From Eledone cirrhosa (lineage: Eukaryota), in the NCBI GenBank assembly GCA_964016885.1, contig OZ024743.1:343170001-343234000 (forward strand): 64,000 nt of DNA, read 5' to 3'. The position numbers and the translations under genes were made by a program. The notes below the pieces were generated by a model. It was not told the DNA's origin. It saw only the letters and a program-made list of their open reading frames with translations, and searched no databases. Shown one piece after another: positions 12,247-25,470 of this stretch (positions within the stretch are counted from its first letter, which is position 1; every line of letters begins with the position of its first letter).

Positions 12247-12531
12247 GTGATTGGACATCCGTTTCCTTGTAGCTCTGCTGGTGGCAGGGCGCAAGTGCAA
12301 CGCAAAGCCCCACAGAGCTAGAGCAAAAGTTAACAACAGCCCACTAACTCCAGACTAAACAGAAACAGATGGTTTGATTCTGCCCTGAGACATAGCAATA
12401 GTGTTTCAGAAAAGTACATTTGCCGACGTGGGCATATATTAAGGTGCGCAAAATTTCCTGGTCTATCATCCCTGTTAGATAAGGCACTGGCATCAAATGT
12501 ATCTTCGCTCCCTGTTTGATACACACACCCA

Positions 12532-12589
<58 letters not shown>

Positions 12590-12655
12590 CCATTTTTATA
12601 TTAAATATTTATACTCATATGTATTGAGTACCCCCGATTGAACCCGGGATAAACA

Positions 12656-12714
<59 letters not shown>

Positions 12715-12972
12715 AAATGTGTGAGATCCTTGGTACAGTTAGGTATATTTGAAAAAATTGGAAAAGAATGACTTCACTTGTAGTGTTAAAAGATTTAATT
12801 TTATATTATTATATTATGAGTTGGTAGATCCAGTTGTTTTTTTGTTTTTTCTTTTTTCCTTTCATTTGGTGGGAGGCATCATTCTTCCAAAGGTCAAAGA
12901 GTTTTTCTCGTACATTACCAATGCCTCTTTTGTTTATTTCTTCTCTAATGGTGGTGTCACATTTTTCGAATT

Positions 12973-14493
12973 TCTGTAATAAAGAACGCGTAACCAGGGA
13001 ATACTACACCCGATTAAGAAAGATCTAGTCATCGGAACTCTCTGCGCAAAACAAAACAGTGGCTCACAATGTGTTTGCTGTGCCTGTCCTAACACCAACG
13101 TTTGGAATACTCAATTGGACGATAGACGAAATCCGAGCAGTTGATGTTGGAACTCGAAAAATACTGAACAACACCGGAAACTTCCACATCAACAGTGACA
13201 TAGACCGCCTTTACTTGAAACGTAAGCAGGGAGGCAGAAGCCTAACATCAGTCCAGACAACATTTGAATGTCGCATCATATCTCTCCGACAACATCTACG
13301 AACCTCGAAGCGTAGGAGCCCGTTTCTCGAACAAGTCTATCTGCATGAAACAGATAAGATCATGAGAGTTGGGAAGGAACTCCTCGAGAGATATTCCTTC
13401 TGTGATAATCAAAAACTCACTCCCGGGGACGTCGCTCAGCAGTATCGCAGTGAATCCATGGATGAAAAACTGCATGCCTATCAGCAAAAAATCATGCATG
13501 GATATGTTGCCAGGAAGCTCCAGAGTGAGAGTAATATAGATAAGGAAAGTAGTCTATCTTGGACCAACAATTTGAAGGATACGCTTTTGCAATCCAGGAA
13601 GAGGAGATTAACACGAAATACCTGATTCACAAAAGAGATAGGGATGCAGGCAAAACACCTAGATGTGATAACAACTGCAGACTCTGCAGAACTAACATCG
13701 AGGATATCACCCATGTCATCACCAGCTGCCCAAAGATGTCATCGCGGTACTATCTACCTATGAGGCAAGATGTAGTGGCCAAAACACTGTACAATGCAAT
13801 TCGTAAAAAAGATAGCCCGATAATAAACACATTAAAGCTACAGCAATGTGGAAGACATCCATGTACATAATATGAAAGAGTACTGGTGGAATGTTCCAGT
13901 AAAAACCCCAATAAAAAGCAGGCATAACAGACCAGATATTATGATATGGGACAGGGAGAAGAAAGCATGCACAGTAGTGGAAATTAGCTACCCAGCAGAT
14001 GCCAATATAATATCAAAGATTAGTGAAAAGGAGAATATTTATGCAGAAATGATGAGAAATCTGCAGATACTCCACCCTGATTACACCTTCATATTTATGC
14101 CTGTGATTAATGGGGCACTGGGATATGTTAGTAACTGCCTCAATACAAATCTTGAGAAGCTAGGCTTCACAGGAACAGAAAGAACACAACTAGTTAGGAA
14201 ATTACAAGTACAATCCATTAATGGAACCGTAAAAATATGTAAAACATTCCAAAAATGTTGCATCTAATAACTGCATATACACATGTACAGATGCAAAGCA
14301 TATACACATGCACACATACAACTCAAAACATACACATCCACATATACAATAACATCCATATCTACACATGCATGCATACATACATATCTACCTAGTTGAT
14401 GTTGTGTAAATTCCAATGAGAGAGTCTTGTGTCTATGTTAGAAACCGACTCTCTCTATTGGTAAAACTTTGTGAAATTATAAAACCAGAAAAA
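12973..14493 (+). mobile_element. R4/Dong-clade non-LTR retrotransposon, family A (5' truncated)
   Basis: Thumb region AHNVFAVPVLTPTFG; zinc knuckle CRLC..HVITSC; endonuclease YWWN..HNRPDI..VEISYP..EKENIY; 3' end joins (CATA)n at 14494-14612. Confidence 0.92.
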
Positions 14494-14623
14494 CATACAT
14501 ACATACATACATACATACATACATACATACATACATACATACATACATACATACATACATACATACATACATACATACATACATACATACATACATACAT
14601 ACATACATACATAGCTAGCTAGT

Positions 14624-15180
14624 TGTGATAGCTAGAACCATCTGGTGCGCACTTAGGAAAACAAAATTAAAAACAAAGGAGGAGGAATATGTTGAGACAG
14701 ATGGCACTAAGGAATACTGGTGGAACCTGAAAATAAAAGCTGCCATCAAATTAAAGCACAACCGGCCTGATATTGTTGTTTTGGAGCACACAATGAAAAC
14801 GTGCTCCGTTGTAGAGATCAGCTGCCCACTTGATGTAAACGTTGTCAGAAAAATACAGGAGAAGGAGGACATCTACGGACCATTGATGAGGAGTTTGCAG
14901 ATCCAGTATCCAAGATACACTTTCAGCTTCATACCCATCATTATTGAGCTACAGGTTATATACCAACCCGCTTGCACCAAAGTATGACTGAACTTGGATT
15001 TGTGGACAAAGAATGCAACCCCCTAATTCATAGACTACCAAATGGCTGCGATATCTGGCACCTTCAAAATTTGCAAAACATTCTTGCGATTCAAGAGAAG
15101 GCAATTTCTTTTCTTTTACAACCTTGCCAGCAGAAAGGTGGCCGGTCAAAAATGTACTCGAAATTAAGAGAAAAAGAAAC
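14624..15180 (+). mobile_element. R4-clade family B 3' part
   Basis: EYWWNLKIK..HNRPDIVV..VEISCP..EKEDIY; homologous to 44983-45549. Confidence 0.88.
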
Positions 15181-15237
15181 ACATGTATTCATATATACGA
15201 GTGTGTGAAGGCGTGTAGATGTGTGTGCGTGCGTACC

Positions 15238-15275
<38 letters not shown>

Positions 15276-15899
15276 GTATGTTATAAGCACGCAGCACCCG
15301 GGATGGCTCAGTCTCTTCGGACTAATTCTTGCTTCATAATCTTCATAAACAAATGATAAAGATGTTATTTTTTTCTGTTAGCTTACATACTATGTGAATG
15401 TAATGTTAGCATGTGATTCGACATAATCCTTTCGTTTCCTTATTTTTATTGAAATACATAGACCATTAACAGATTAATATTTTCGTTAAGCTGACGTTTG
15501 GAACATTGCTTAATAAGATGTTAAATAAAATTGTGATGGAAAGTTTTAATATATGAAGTGCGTTCAAAAAGTATCCGATCTTTCAGAAATGTTATTATAT
15601 CACCTTCAAAATACTCCCCTTGGGAGGACGACTGCCGAAACTGTTTTCTCAGTAGTACCAAAACCTTTGTTTAAAAAGTGCCAAACTATACAACAACATA
15701 CCAAATCCAATTACCCGCTTCCATACACCTCACATATCCTAACACTTCACCCTTCACCAGCTAAGTGTCCCACCCTAGACCTACTTCTTCAATCCCCACC
15801 ATACATACTGGCACCTCCCCCATCCCAAGAATTGAGAAGGGACAAAACTCTTTCTGCAACTGCTGAAGCATGTGGCAATGAAAGAAGTTGCATCGTGAA

Positions 15900-16600
15900 T
15901 CTATATAGCAACGTGTAGTGATGTATGCCATCTCATTTTTCTTGAGAAGCAAGAAACCAATCTTTTTCAGGCTCATTTTGTGCATTAAGAGATGCATTTT
16001 GCAGAGTCAATTCTCCATTCTCTACGAATTTATTGATGAATAAGGTTGGAAAATTTCCTTGCCAATGGTATGATCGATTTGGGTCTACCTTCAATAACAT
16101 TTGTCAGATCTAAAGCTACTAGAACTAGTTGCTTGTTAATAGAAATGTCCATTGACAGTATGTGGATCGATCATATTTGAAAAAACTGCACGTTCCTTTA
16201 GTTCTTGCGCACGTGATGTTTTTGGCAATTTTCTAATCAGAGCATACGTTGGCGATAAAGCTAGGAATGATACAAAATAGCAATGGGTAGTTTGTGCTGA
16301 ACAATAAATCCGCACAGTTTCAGCTCAGTTGATGCTGTATTCGTTAGGTGAGCAGAACATTGAGCAAGCTTTATGAAATCTGTCTCTTCTCTGTTTCGCT
16401 ACTTTCGCATCCTTTTTGTGCTTTTCTGTTTCTCTATACTTTACTACTTGACTTAAGCTACTAGCTATCTCACAATTGCACAATTTACAGTAGTCTTTAC
16501 TTGCGCTCTTTTTACTCAATTCCAACCACGATGAAAATTTCTCATCGTTTAATAATGTTCACGGAACTTTTCTTTTATAGAAAGTAGATTTCAGTTTTTT
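15900..16600 (-). pseudogene. hAT-type transposase N-terminal remnant (BED-like finger)
   Basis: FSSWLEL..YCKLCNCEI..EKHKK, then IAKNITCARTK on the minus strand. Confidence 0.55.
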
Positions 16601-16974
16601 CTTCTGAAGAGTATGACACTTATTCTATATTCACTTTGTTTTCCCTTGTGAAGGGTTCAAAATGTTTCTCAAAAAACCAAAACAGTTCAGATATTGAGCC
16701 ATGACACCACCAAAGCACACTGAACGCCATGACACAACTGCTTAAACTTTTTTTTTTAATATCACAAAAACACTAATTTTATTTATGGAATATTTTATGT
16801 AAATACAGTTTAACAGAAAAAGGAAAAAAAGAAAATTTAGATTGATAAAAATGGAATGTAAAATAGGAAAATATAGAGAAAAAAAGAGAAAAAGAAAGAA
16901 AACGCGGGAAGGGGAGAGAATGGTGAGAACTCTAGTGTCTCAGAAGAGTGGGGAGGGGTAAGGGGAGGAGTATT

Positions 16975-17140
16975 GGGCTCTGGGCCTAGGGCGTGGCGGT
17001 AGAGGGACTGCGCCCCGAGGACAAGACCGCAAAAGCATTCCCTCGGACAATGGCCAGCGACACCCGCTGCAACAGCCACCCCACCTCGCTGGGCTCCTTC
17101 CTCAGACGGGCCGCCGACGTTCCGAACTGAACTGATACGT
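16975..17140 (-). mobile_element. CRE-like retrotransposon 3' fragment
   Basis: Minus frame gives LQRVSLAIVRGNAFAVLS. Confidence 0.65.
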
Positions 17141-17360
17141 TTGTCTTCCAATAGTTCGCCTTAATCTGTCTATATTTAATTGTCCTTGGCTATTTTCATT
17201 AGAAATTATTCAAGTTAAACGTCCACAGATCGATTGTGAGCGAATGGTGCGTTATTATTGGCTACCAGGATAATACAGAAGATGGCTGGCTACTGATTTG
17301 AAATAATACGCAGAAAAGTATTGATGTCAAGTGAGATCTGACGGGCAAATACATTTAATT

Positions 17361-17678
17361 CCGGGCGTGCAACAGGCGGCCCACGGGCCACAATCCGGTC
17401 CGCTAGACCAGTCAGAGTGGCTCGCGATGACCGTTTTTAATTTTAACCTTGTAGGCTTATTTAGAATTTTTTTCGTAACCGTAATACAATTTTCTGTTAG
17501 TTGACCTATACTAAAGGGCTTCACTGATAGGGTTATGTGTGTTATAATTTTCCAGTTCCATGTTATGGAAAGAGGTTGTGGTGGATCTTTGGAATAATGC
17601 TTAATAGATATTAATGGCCCCAATAGTTGTTCCAATGTTCAAAAGTGTTCTGCCAATGGAATATGTTGCACACCCCTG
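17361..17678. mobile_element. hAT (Buster/Charlie-like) MITE
   Basis: Ends ccgggcgtgcaaca / tgttgcacacccctg; subterminal gcggcccacgggcc; flanks atttaatt / aattaatg form a degenerate 8-bp nnnTAnnn TSD. Confidence 0.6.
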
Positions 17679-17861
17679 AATTAATGGATAGCTTCTCGGT
17701 GTAAAAGTCGTTATAGTTGGTAAATCATTAAATGGTGATTTTAGAATATCAATTAAGCCAAATTCCAAAATGTACCAAAATGTCCGGACATGGTAATAAA
17801 CGTACAGAAAAGTCAAATTAAGGGCAAACAGAACCAAATTTATACGAACGTACCAACTTTG

Positions 17862-18060
17862 GCAACGCTGCTTCTCCCTACTCACCACCATAGGCGCTGA
17901 GCTGGCCAACCGCAGGTGTGAACCTCGTGAAATGGAATGGCTCTTCCAGCGCATCTCCCTTACCATCCTCCGGGAAAACGCCTTCTCCATTCTGTCCGCC
18001 GGGGCCGTGGGGCGGCCAACACGTGGGACCCCATTTGCTCACCATACAGAGAGATGGTGA
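17862..18060 (+). mobile_element. CRE-like retrotransposon 3' fragment
   Basis: ELANRRCEPREMEWLFQRISLTILRENAFSILS. Confidence 0.65.
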
Positions 18061-18547
18061 GGGCGAGAGAGATGGAGGCGATGACAGTGGGAGTTCGGCC
18101 CTTCCACGTTCGGACCATATCCTTGTGGTTGTGTTCATTATCTATATAGAAAATTAGTTCACAGACTTTTCTCAGCGATTTTGCCACTGTTGGTAACACC
18201 TCCCGTATATGTAAATACCTTACAACAGGCGGTTTCAGGTGAGTTGGTATGAAATGTGTTAACAAAGTCATTACCCTTTTCTTGTGTTTCTTTTGTTTTT
18301 GTTTTTCCGAGGGTGGGGGGGGGGGTCAACATATATAGGTGTTTAAATGTCATTCGTAAAGTTGTTTTTTTCTTGTCTATCCAGCGAAGATATAGGTGTA
18401 ATTATTTTTTTATTCCAATTGTGAAAATGTTTTGCGAAGAATTAAGAAATTTTGAAGAAATAAGGAAACCATTGCAATGCGTACTAACAAAAAGATAAAA
18501 CAAATATTCCGAGTTGCAACTCTTTTTCACAAGGAGAGAAGCAGGTT

Positions 18548-18582
<35 letters not shown>

Positions 18583-18583
18583 C

Positions 18584-18624
<41 letters not shown>

Positions 18625-18779
18625 AGTGTGTGTGTGTGTATAACCCACTTCTCTCCTTGTGAAAAAGAATTGCAACTCGGAATATATATATGTGTGTGTG
18701 TGTGTGGGGGGGGGGGGGGTGTCTACAACGTTCGAATTTGCATACAATATTACATGTGTTAGTATATATATATATAACT

Positions 18780-19310
18780 TCTACGCCGACTTATTCCTGG
18801 GTGGGGCTTGGGCCAGAGTCCTCAAGCACGCCTTCCAGTGTGATCTCTCAATTCAATGAAGTAGTAGCTATTACCTGGAGTGACTCTCTGATCTCCGAGC
18901 TACGCACTCTATTGAGTAATGTTACTCCAAAGACCCTTCGGGTGAATCCTATTTCAGCCGCTTGTATTTGGGATCTTATTCTTTCTGTCATTACACAAGA
19001 TTTATGACCATATGTATGGGTTGGCACGAATACCGAATTGACTTTTACACTTACCTCCCTTCTTCTGATAACCGAATGCTGAAGCTGGCGCTTTACTCCA
19101 CCGACTCATGTAATTCTTGCAGTTAATTCAGCCTCCATCACTTGGAAACATGGCCCCGAAATACTTATACTTCTCCACCTGATTCACTGGAACTCCACTC
19201 ACATGTAGAGTGCACTGCACAGACTTCCTTGAGAGGACGAGTGTCTCAGTCTTTGCAGCACATATTTTCATTCCAGCCATGCAGCAGTCGGCAACAAACA
19301 TATCAAGTAC
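18780..19310 (-). mobile_element. RTE LINE fragment
   Basis: AGMKICAAKTE..NQVEKYKYFG, then IQAAEIGFTRRVFGVTLL; same family as 10950 and 39370. Confidence 0.75.
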
Positions 19311-19589
19311 CCTGCCAATGACTGGCATTCTTTTCTGCATATGTTGCAATAAAAAAGAAGCCTTTTCGATTGGCTACAGCGAGCTATGCTGATGCAACAC
19401 ATGTGAAACTATGGTGACAGATATCCAAATAGAGTAGGTCAACATCATTGGTTGCCATCTAGCTGCAGTTTTTTATCAGTTTTCCTTCGCCTGTCAGATT
19501 ACAGAAAATGGTACACCTTTAGGCTACGGCCAGCCTCATGAACCTGTAACATATCCTGAATAAGCAATGCCTGTGCTTTGAAGGTTTTT

Positions 19590-19983
19590 TAAGTGAGGAA
19601 AGGCCTTGCACTCGACCAATCCCACTCGCTGAGCATCGAAAACACTACCAGAAAAGGAGAACTGGTCAACATCATCGGATGTTTCCGAAGCCACAGGTTT
19701 TTTTTTTTTCAGGGTTTCCCTTTCCTAGAAAGGTGTTGTGACAACAACTGGGGGCCTTTCACTTCCAGGTGGGCGAAAAAAAATGTACTATTTGGATGGC
19801 CATTGACTCTGTTGAGTTCCTCCGCCCTTTGCCGGGTCTTGTATTTCATCCCGCAGGGTGTCCAAATATCACCCTCCTCACCAAGCTAGCTTCGTGGGGT
19901 TGCCGGTTTAGTCGCCGACGACCCGACTGTGAGACAGGTTGTCCTGGGTTACACGTTACCAGTAGCACTCGTGAGCGACCTGA
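19590..19983 (-). mobile_element. RTE-derived non-autonomous element (type Y-like), 5' part
   Basis: Homologous to 20577-21205. Confidence 0.7.
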
Positions 19984-20067
19984 CATACACACATACATAC
20001 ATACATACATGCATACATACAGACAGACAGACAGACAGACAGACAGAAGACAGACAGAAAGACAGAC

Positions 20068-20398
20068 AAGTCTTGAGAAGCTGGGCTTCACAGAACCAGG
20101 AAGAACAATACTAGTTAGGAAAGTACAAGTACAATCCATTAATGGAACAGTAAAAATATGTAAAACATTCCAAAAATTCTGCATGTACTCATGTACAGAT
20201 ACAAAACATATGCACATGCACGCATCTAACTCAAAACATACACATTCACACATACAATAACAGCCATACCCGCACACAGACGCATGCATACATCTAGTTG
20301 GTGTTGTTTATTTCCAAAGAAAGAGTCATGTGTCTATGTTAGAAACCGACTATCTGTCTCTATTCGTAAACATTTATAAAATTATATAACCAGAAGAA
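20068..20398 (+). mobile_element. R4-clade family A 3' end
   Basis: LEKLGFT..VQSINGTVKICKTFQK; ends cagaagaa|catacatac. Confidence 0.85.
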
Positions 20399-20576
20399 CA
20401 TACATACATACATACATACATACATACATACATACTCTGCTAAGATTATTGCAATCGTTTGTCAGATTCAAATGTTGACGCTCAGATATGGCTTTTCAAA
20501 CCTGCTAGAGACTTGCACTCCTTCGCACATGGATCTCCCTGGCCTCAGGTCTTGCATTATACATACATACATACAT

Positions 20577-21205
20577 GATGATGGCTGCCCCCTCGTTATC
20601 GAGTATGGCCATTGCACGATATACCATTATTAATAATTATTAATTAATTCTATCATGCAATGCCTGTGCATGAAGATATTTTTTAAAGTGAGGAAAGGCT
20701 GTGCACTGAGCCAATCCCACTCTCTGAGCGACAGTAGCTATAACCCGAAAAGAAGAAAAGATCAACAACATCGGTAACTACTGAGCCGCAGGTTTTATAT
20801 CAGAGTTATCCCAGTTTCCCGAGTTGCCTTCTCCTAGAACAATGCCCTGACAAAGGCTAGGGGTCCTTCACTCCCAGTGGTTTAACCGCGCGACCGTGTG
20901 TCCAGCCCGACTATTTCTATGTCCCCGCGCATATACATACAGATGCACCCATGTATATACACATATACATATACATACATATGCACATGTGTATATACAT
21001 ACATATGCACATGTGTATATACATATTTACACACTTTCGGATGGCCGTTGACTCTTATGACTTCTTCCGCCCCTTGTTAGGTTTTGTTTTTTGTCCTGCA
21101 GGGTGTCGAAAATCCCCCTCCTCACCAAGTAAACTTGGTGGTGTTGCCGGTTTAGTCGCCGGCGACTCGACCATGCGAAAGGTTGTACTGGATTACATGT
21201 TACCA
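20577..21205 (-). mobile_element. RTE-derived non-autonomous element type Y
   Basis: Repeated at 23393 and 38090; RTE-5'UTR-like ..ctaggagaaggcaactc.. motif; (TATG)n tail. Confidence 0.75.
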
Positions 21206-21864
21206 CATAGATATGTATGCACATTTATATATATATGCTTATACATATACATATATTTATATTTATCTATACATATATGTTATGCACATATGTATGTGTG
21301 TGCATGTGTATACATGTGTGTATGTATGTGTGTATGTGCTTGTGTGAATGTTTCCCTAAGTCTATGTGTTACTAACAAACAACCATACATTTATTAATAA
21401 GTTATTTTCAAATGATTGAGGAATTGGAAGAACTGGAAAAGAGAAAAAGTAAAAATAGCAGTAGAGAAAAAGAAAGACTCAGGCAAAAAAAAAAAAATAA
21501 CAAATAAAATAAAATAAAATAAAATAAAATAAAATAAAACAGAGAGAAAAAGTGAGAGAAAAGGAAAGAAACGGGGAAATGAGAAAAAAATCACGAGAAA
21601 AAATCTAAAGAGAGGATGTCAGTATGAGATATGGTGAGGATAGATGAGATAGAGTGAGGCGAAGATTGGGCGGGGTGTGTGAGAGAGTAAGATAATGAGT
21701 CAGAGATAATAAAGACATGCAATACTATTAACTATCACATGTTCTCTAATAATGATCCTTTCAGCAGGAATCCGTATCATGTCAACAGGTTTAGTGCCAT
21801 GTTAACATGACGTTTGTCTTCTTAGATTGTGTTATTCTCTTTATTATCATTGCTGCAGCGTTAA

Positions 21865-22515
21865 TCGTTGGATTGACAGAATTGTTAGAGCAGCGAAAAA
21901 AACTGTTGTATTTATTTGGCAAGGGCTCTTCATTTTTTTGGTGAGTGGGTTTCAAATCCCACTGAGGTCAACTTTGTTTTTTATACTACTGGGTCGATAA
22001 AATAAAGTACCAGTTAAGTACTGAGGTCGATTTACTCGATTTTGCACAACTCTCTCAACTTTCTAGCCTTGTGCTTAAATTAGAAATCATTATTGTTGTT
22101 GGCGGTGGATTGGCAGTATCGGTAGAGGGTCGGACGCCATGCATTGCAGCATAGAGTTACGGCCTTTTACGATCTGAGTTCAAATCCCGCCGAGGTAAAC
22201 TTTGCCTTTCATCCTTACGGGGTCGATAAAATAAAGTACCAGTAATGCACTGGGATAATTGCTCGCCTTGTGCCAAAAGTTGAAACAATTATTGTTGTTG
22301 TTATATATGGTGGATTAGCAGAATGAGTTGCTTTGTAGTATTTATTTGGCGAGGGCTCTTTATATTTTGAGTTCAAATCCCGCTGAGATCAACTTTGCTT
22401 TTCAGCCTTTCGGGGGTCGATAAAATAAAGTACCAGTCAAAGTCCTGGGGTCAATATAATCGACTTTCCTCTCCTCCTAAAATTGCTGGTCTACAACCAA
22501 AATTAGAAAGAATTG
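21865..22515 (+). mobile_element. Three tandem tRNA-derived SINEs (family 1)
   Basis: A box tggcagtatcgg, B box gttcaaatc and body ..gcctttcatcc..gtcgataaaataaagtaccag.. repeated three times. Confidence 0.8.
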
Positions 22516-22539
22516 TTATTGAAACAGCAAAGATATGCA

Positions 22540-22788
22540 CCAACCTGTCTGAATTAAAGTACTGCTGAACTTCGATTCTTTGAGAAAGAACGTAACATCT
22601 TATTTCATACACTCAGAGAATCACGATATCTGGGACAATAACATTCTGCAAGAACATCTTAAAATTTGAAGGATAAATAGGCGCGCAAAGGATAACAGAT
22701 GAAACAAAACCCTTTTCTTTAAAACCTAGTCACCGGGCAGGTGACCAATCAAAATAACCGCTAAATCCCGCAGTCAAGAAGAGACACT
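22540..22788 (+). mobile_element. R4-clade family C 3' end (diverged)
   Basis: ISGTITFCKNILKFEG* resembles the C-termini of families A and B; 3' UTR hairpin; followed by (TACA)n. Confidence 0.6.
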
Positions 22789-22962
22789 ACATACATACAC
22801 ACAAACATGCATACATACAATTACACACACACATACATACATGTGTACATACATACATGTGTACATACATACACACACACACACATGCGTACATGCATAC
22901 ATACATACATACATACATACATACATACATACATACATACATACATACATACATACATACAT

Positions 22963-23330
22963 GGTGGTGGCTGCCAACTCGTTTTCGAGTACGGCCACTA
23001 CTTTATATCCATGTAGGAGAACCCCTACTGATGCGCTGAACGAGTGTGACTTTTTAGTCCAGCCAGCGACTTGAAAACTCTGGTACAAACACTACACCTG
23101 TGACAATTATTGACACATAGTGCTGGGCTCATGGTACCATGTGACGACAGGTGCAGAGAGATCTCCAGATATAAAGCAATACCTGTGCCGTGAAGCTTTT
23201 ATAGTGAGCAAAGGCACTGCACAAAGCCAGTCCCACTCTCTTAACCAAGATGATATTTACCAAAAAGAAGAACAGGTCAACATCATTGGATACCATCAGG
23301 GCTGCAGGTGTTATATCAGAGTTTTCCTTC
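22963..23330 (-). mobile_element. RTE-derived element type X (5' truncated)
   Basis: Matches the 24389 copy; (CATA)n on both sides. Confidence 0.8.
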
Positions 23331-23392
23331 ATACATACATACATACATACATACATACATACATACATACATACATACATACATACATACAT

Positions 23393-23928
23393 GGTGGCTG
23401 CCCCCTCGTTATCGAGTATGGCCATTGCACGATATACCATTATTAATTATATCGTGCAATGCCTGTGCGTGAAGATATTTTTTAAAGTGAGGAAAGACTG
23501 CACTGAGCCAATCCCACTCTCTGAGCGACAGTAGCTATAACCCGAAAAGAAGAAAAGATCAACATCATCGGTAACTACTGAGCCGCAGGTTTTATATCGG
23601 AGTTATCCCAGTTTCCCGAGTGCTTTCTCCTAGAAGAATGCCCTGATAAAGGCTAGGGGTCCTTCACTCCCAGTGGTTTAACCGCGCGACCGTGTGTCCA
23701 GCCCGACTATTTCTATGTCTCCGCGCATATACATACAGATGCACCCATGTATATACACATATACATATACATACATATGCACTTGTGTATATACATACAT
23801 ATGCACATGTGTATATACATATTTACACACTTTCGGATAGCCGTTGACCCTTATGAGTTCTTCCGCCCTTTGTCAGGTTTTGTTTTTTGTCCTGCAGGGT
23901 GTCCAAAATCACCCTCCTCACGAAGTAG
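23393..23928 (-). mobile_element. RTE-derived element type Y
   Basis: Matches the 20577 copy; (CATA)n on both sides. Confidence 0.8.
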
Positions 23929-23944
23929 ACATACATACATACAT

Positions 23945-24310
23945 GATGGCTGCCCCCTCGTCATCGAGTATGGCCATTGCACGAGAAAAAATATATATAT
24001 ATATATTAATAACAATAATAATAATAATAATAATAACAACAATAATAATAACGACAACAACAATAATAATATACATATATATATATATACACACACGCAC
24101 ACATAAACATATCTATACACACACACGATAGCAATTAACAGCGCTGCGATCAAATGTGGCTTTTTAGCCCAGCCAATGATCTAAAATGTCTTGCACAGAG
24201 TCGGCAACCAAAACATTCACTGGGAATAGCCGGCTGTGGTTGGAGTTCATGTACTTTTGCATGTCGTTTGAGCCCTCCTGCTGATTTACATTCTCTACCA
24301 CATGCTTGGC
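23945..24310 (-). mobile_element. RTE LINE 3' end with two C2H2 fingers, sharing the type Y terminus
   Basis: CQACGRECKSAGGLKRHAKVH and CRLCARHFRSLAGLKSHI*; terminal 40 bp match the type Y terminus; interrupted by a TA/AAT tract. Confidence 0.65.
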
Positions 24311-24388
24311 ATACATACATACATACATACATACATACATACATACATACATACATACATACATACATACATACATACATACATACAT

Positions 24389-24982
24389 GGTGGCTGCCAA
24401 CTCGTTTTCGAGTACGGCCACTACTTTATATCCATGTAGGAGAACCCCTACAGATGCGCTGAACGAGTCTGACTTTTTAGTCCAGCCAGCGACTTGAAAA
24501 CTCTGGTACAAACACTACACCTGTGACAATTATTGACACATAGTGCTGGGCCCATGGTACCATGTAACGACAAGTGCAGAGAGATCTCCAGATATAAAGC
24601 AATGCCTGTGCCGTGAAGCTTTTATAGTGAGCAAAGGCACTGCACAAAGCCAGTCCCGCTCTCTTAACCAAGATGATGTTTACCAAAAAGAAGAACAAGT
24701 CAACATCATTGGATACCATCAGGGTTGCAGGTGTTATATCAGAGTTTTCCTTCTCCTAGAATTCTGCCTTGACAAAGGCTAAGGGGTCATCTCTCCCGGT
24801 GATTTTGGATGGCCATTGACTCTTAAGAGCTCCTTTGCCCTTTGACAGGTTTTGTTTTTAGTCCTGCAGGATGTCCAAAGTCACCCTCCTCACCAAGAAA
24901 CCTTGGTGGGGTTGCCAGTTTAGTCGCCAACGACCCGACCATGAGACAGGTTGTACTGGGATACATGTTACCAGTAGCACCA
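24389..24982 (-). mobile_element. RTE-derived element type X, near full length (about 594 bp)
   Basis: 5' part shared with type Y, 3' part carries the C2H2 remnant; flanked by (CATA)n at 24310-24388 and 24984-25090. Confidence 0.8.
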
Positions 24983-25470
24983 ACATACATACATACATAC
25001 ATACATACATACATACATACATACATACATACATACATACATACATACATACATACATACATACATACATACATACATACATACATACATGGCTTCTGTG
25101 GTGACCTCTATGACCTACTCTCCTGAGGCAAATTCAGCCACGCTCATTGCACATAAAATCATCTTGAACATCTGAAAATCCTGGTAAAGTAATAGACGTA
25201 TAAAGTACTATGTATAAAGTCATTCTAAAATGTAGTAAGTACTTGTTAGGCCATGCTTCGTTAAGAAGATCTAATAATACCGAAACATGTCCGAAGTTGT
25301 CATTATCAAAAATCAGACTTACTCCCCAATGCATATCTCCAATAAATGTTTATTCAATTTAAATTTCGAAGTTCTTTCCCTTGTCTTTCTTGATAAGAAT
25401 AGTCATTAACCTCACTGGTGCTTCTTCTCGTAATTAGATTTCTCGCAATGATGTTTCTTCTCCCAATTAA

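Noticed and set aside
11866-12336. Poly-E/K/L/F/S ORFs
   Set aside because: Translations of a (GAA)n microsatellite, open in many frames.
22102-22290. tRNA genes suggested by A/B boxes
   Set aside because: These are multi-copy SINE heads with a non-tRNA body and no cloverleaf.
22774-25126. HTYI/MYVC repeat ORFs and the CRISPR-like alternation of CATA arrays with unique segments
   Set aside because: The ORFs are microsatellite translations, the intervening segments are retroelement fragments, the context is eukaryotic and there are no cas genes.
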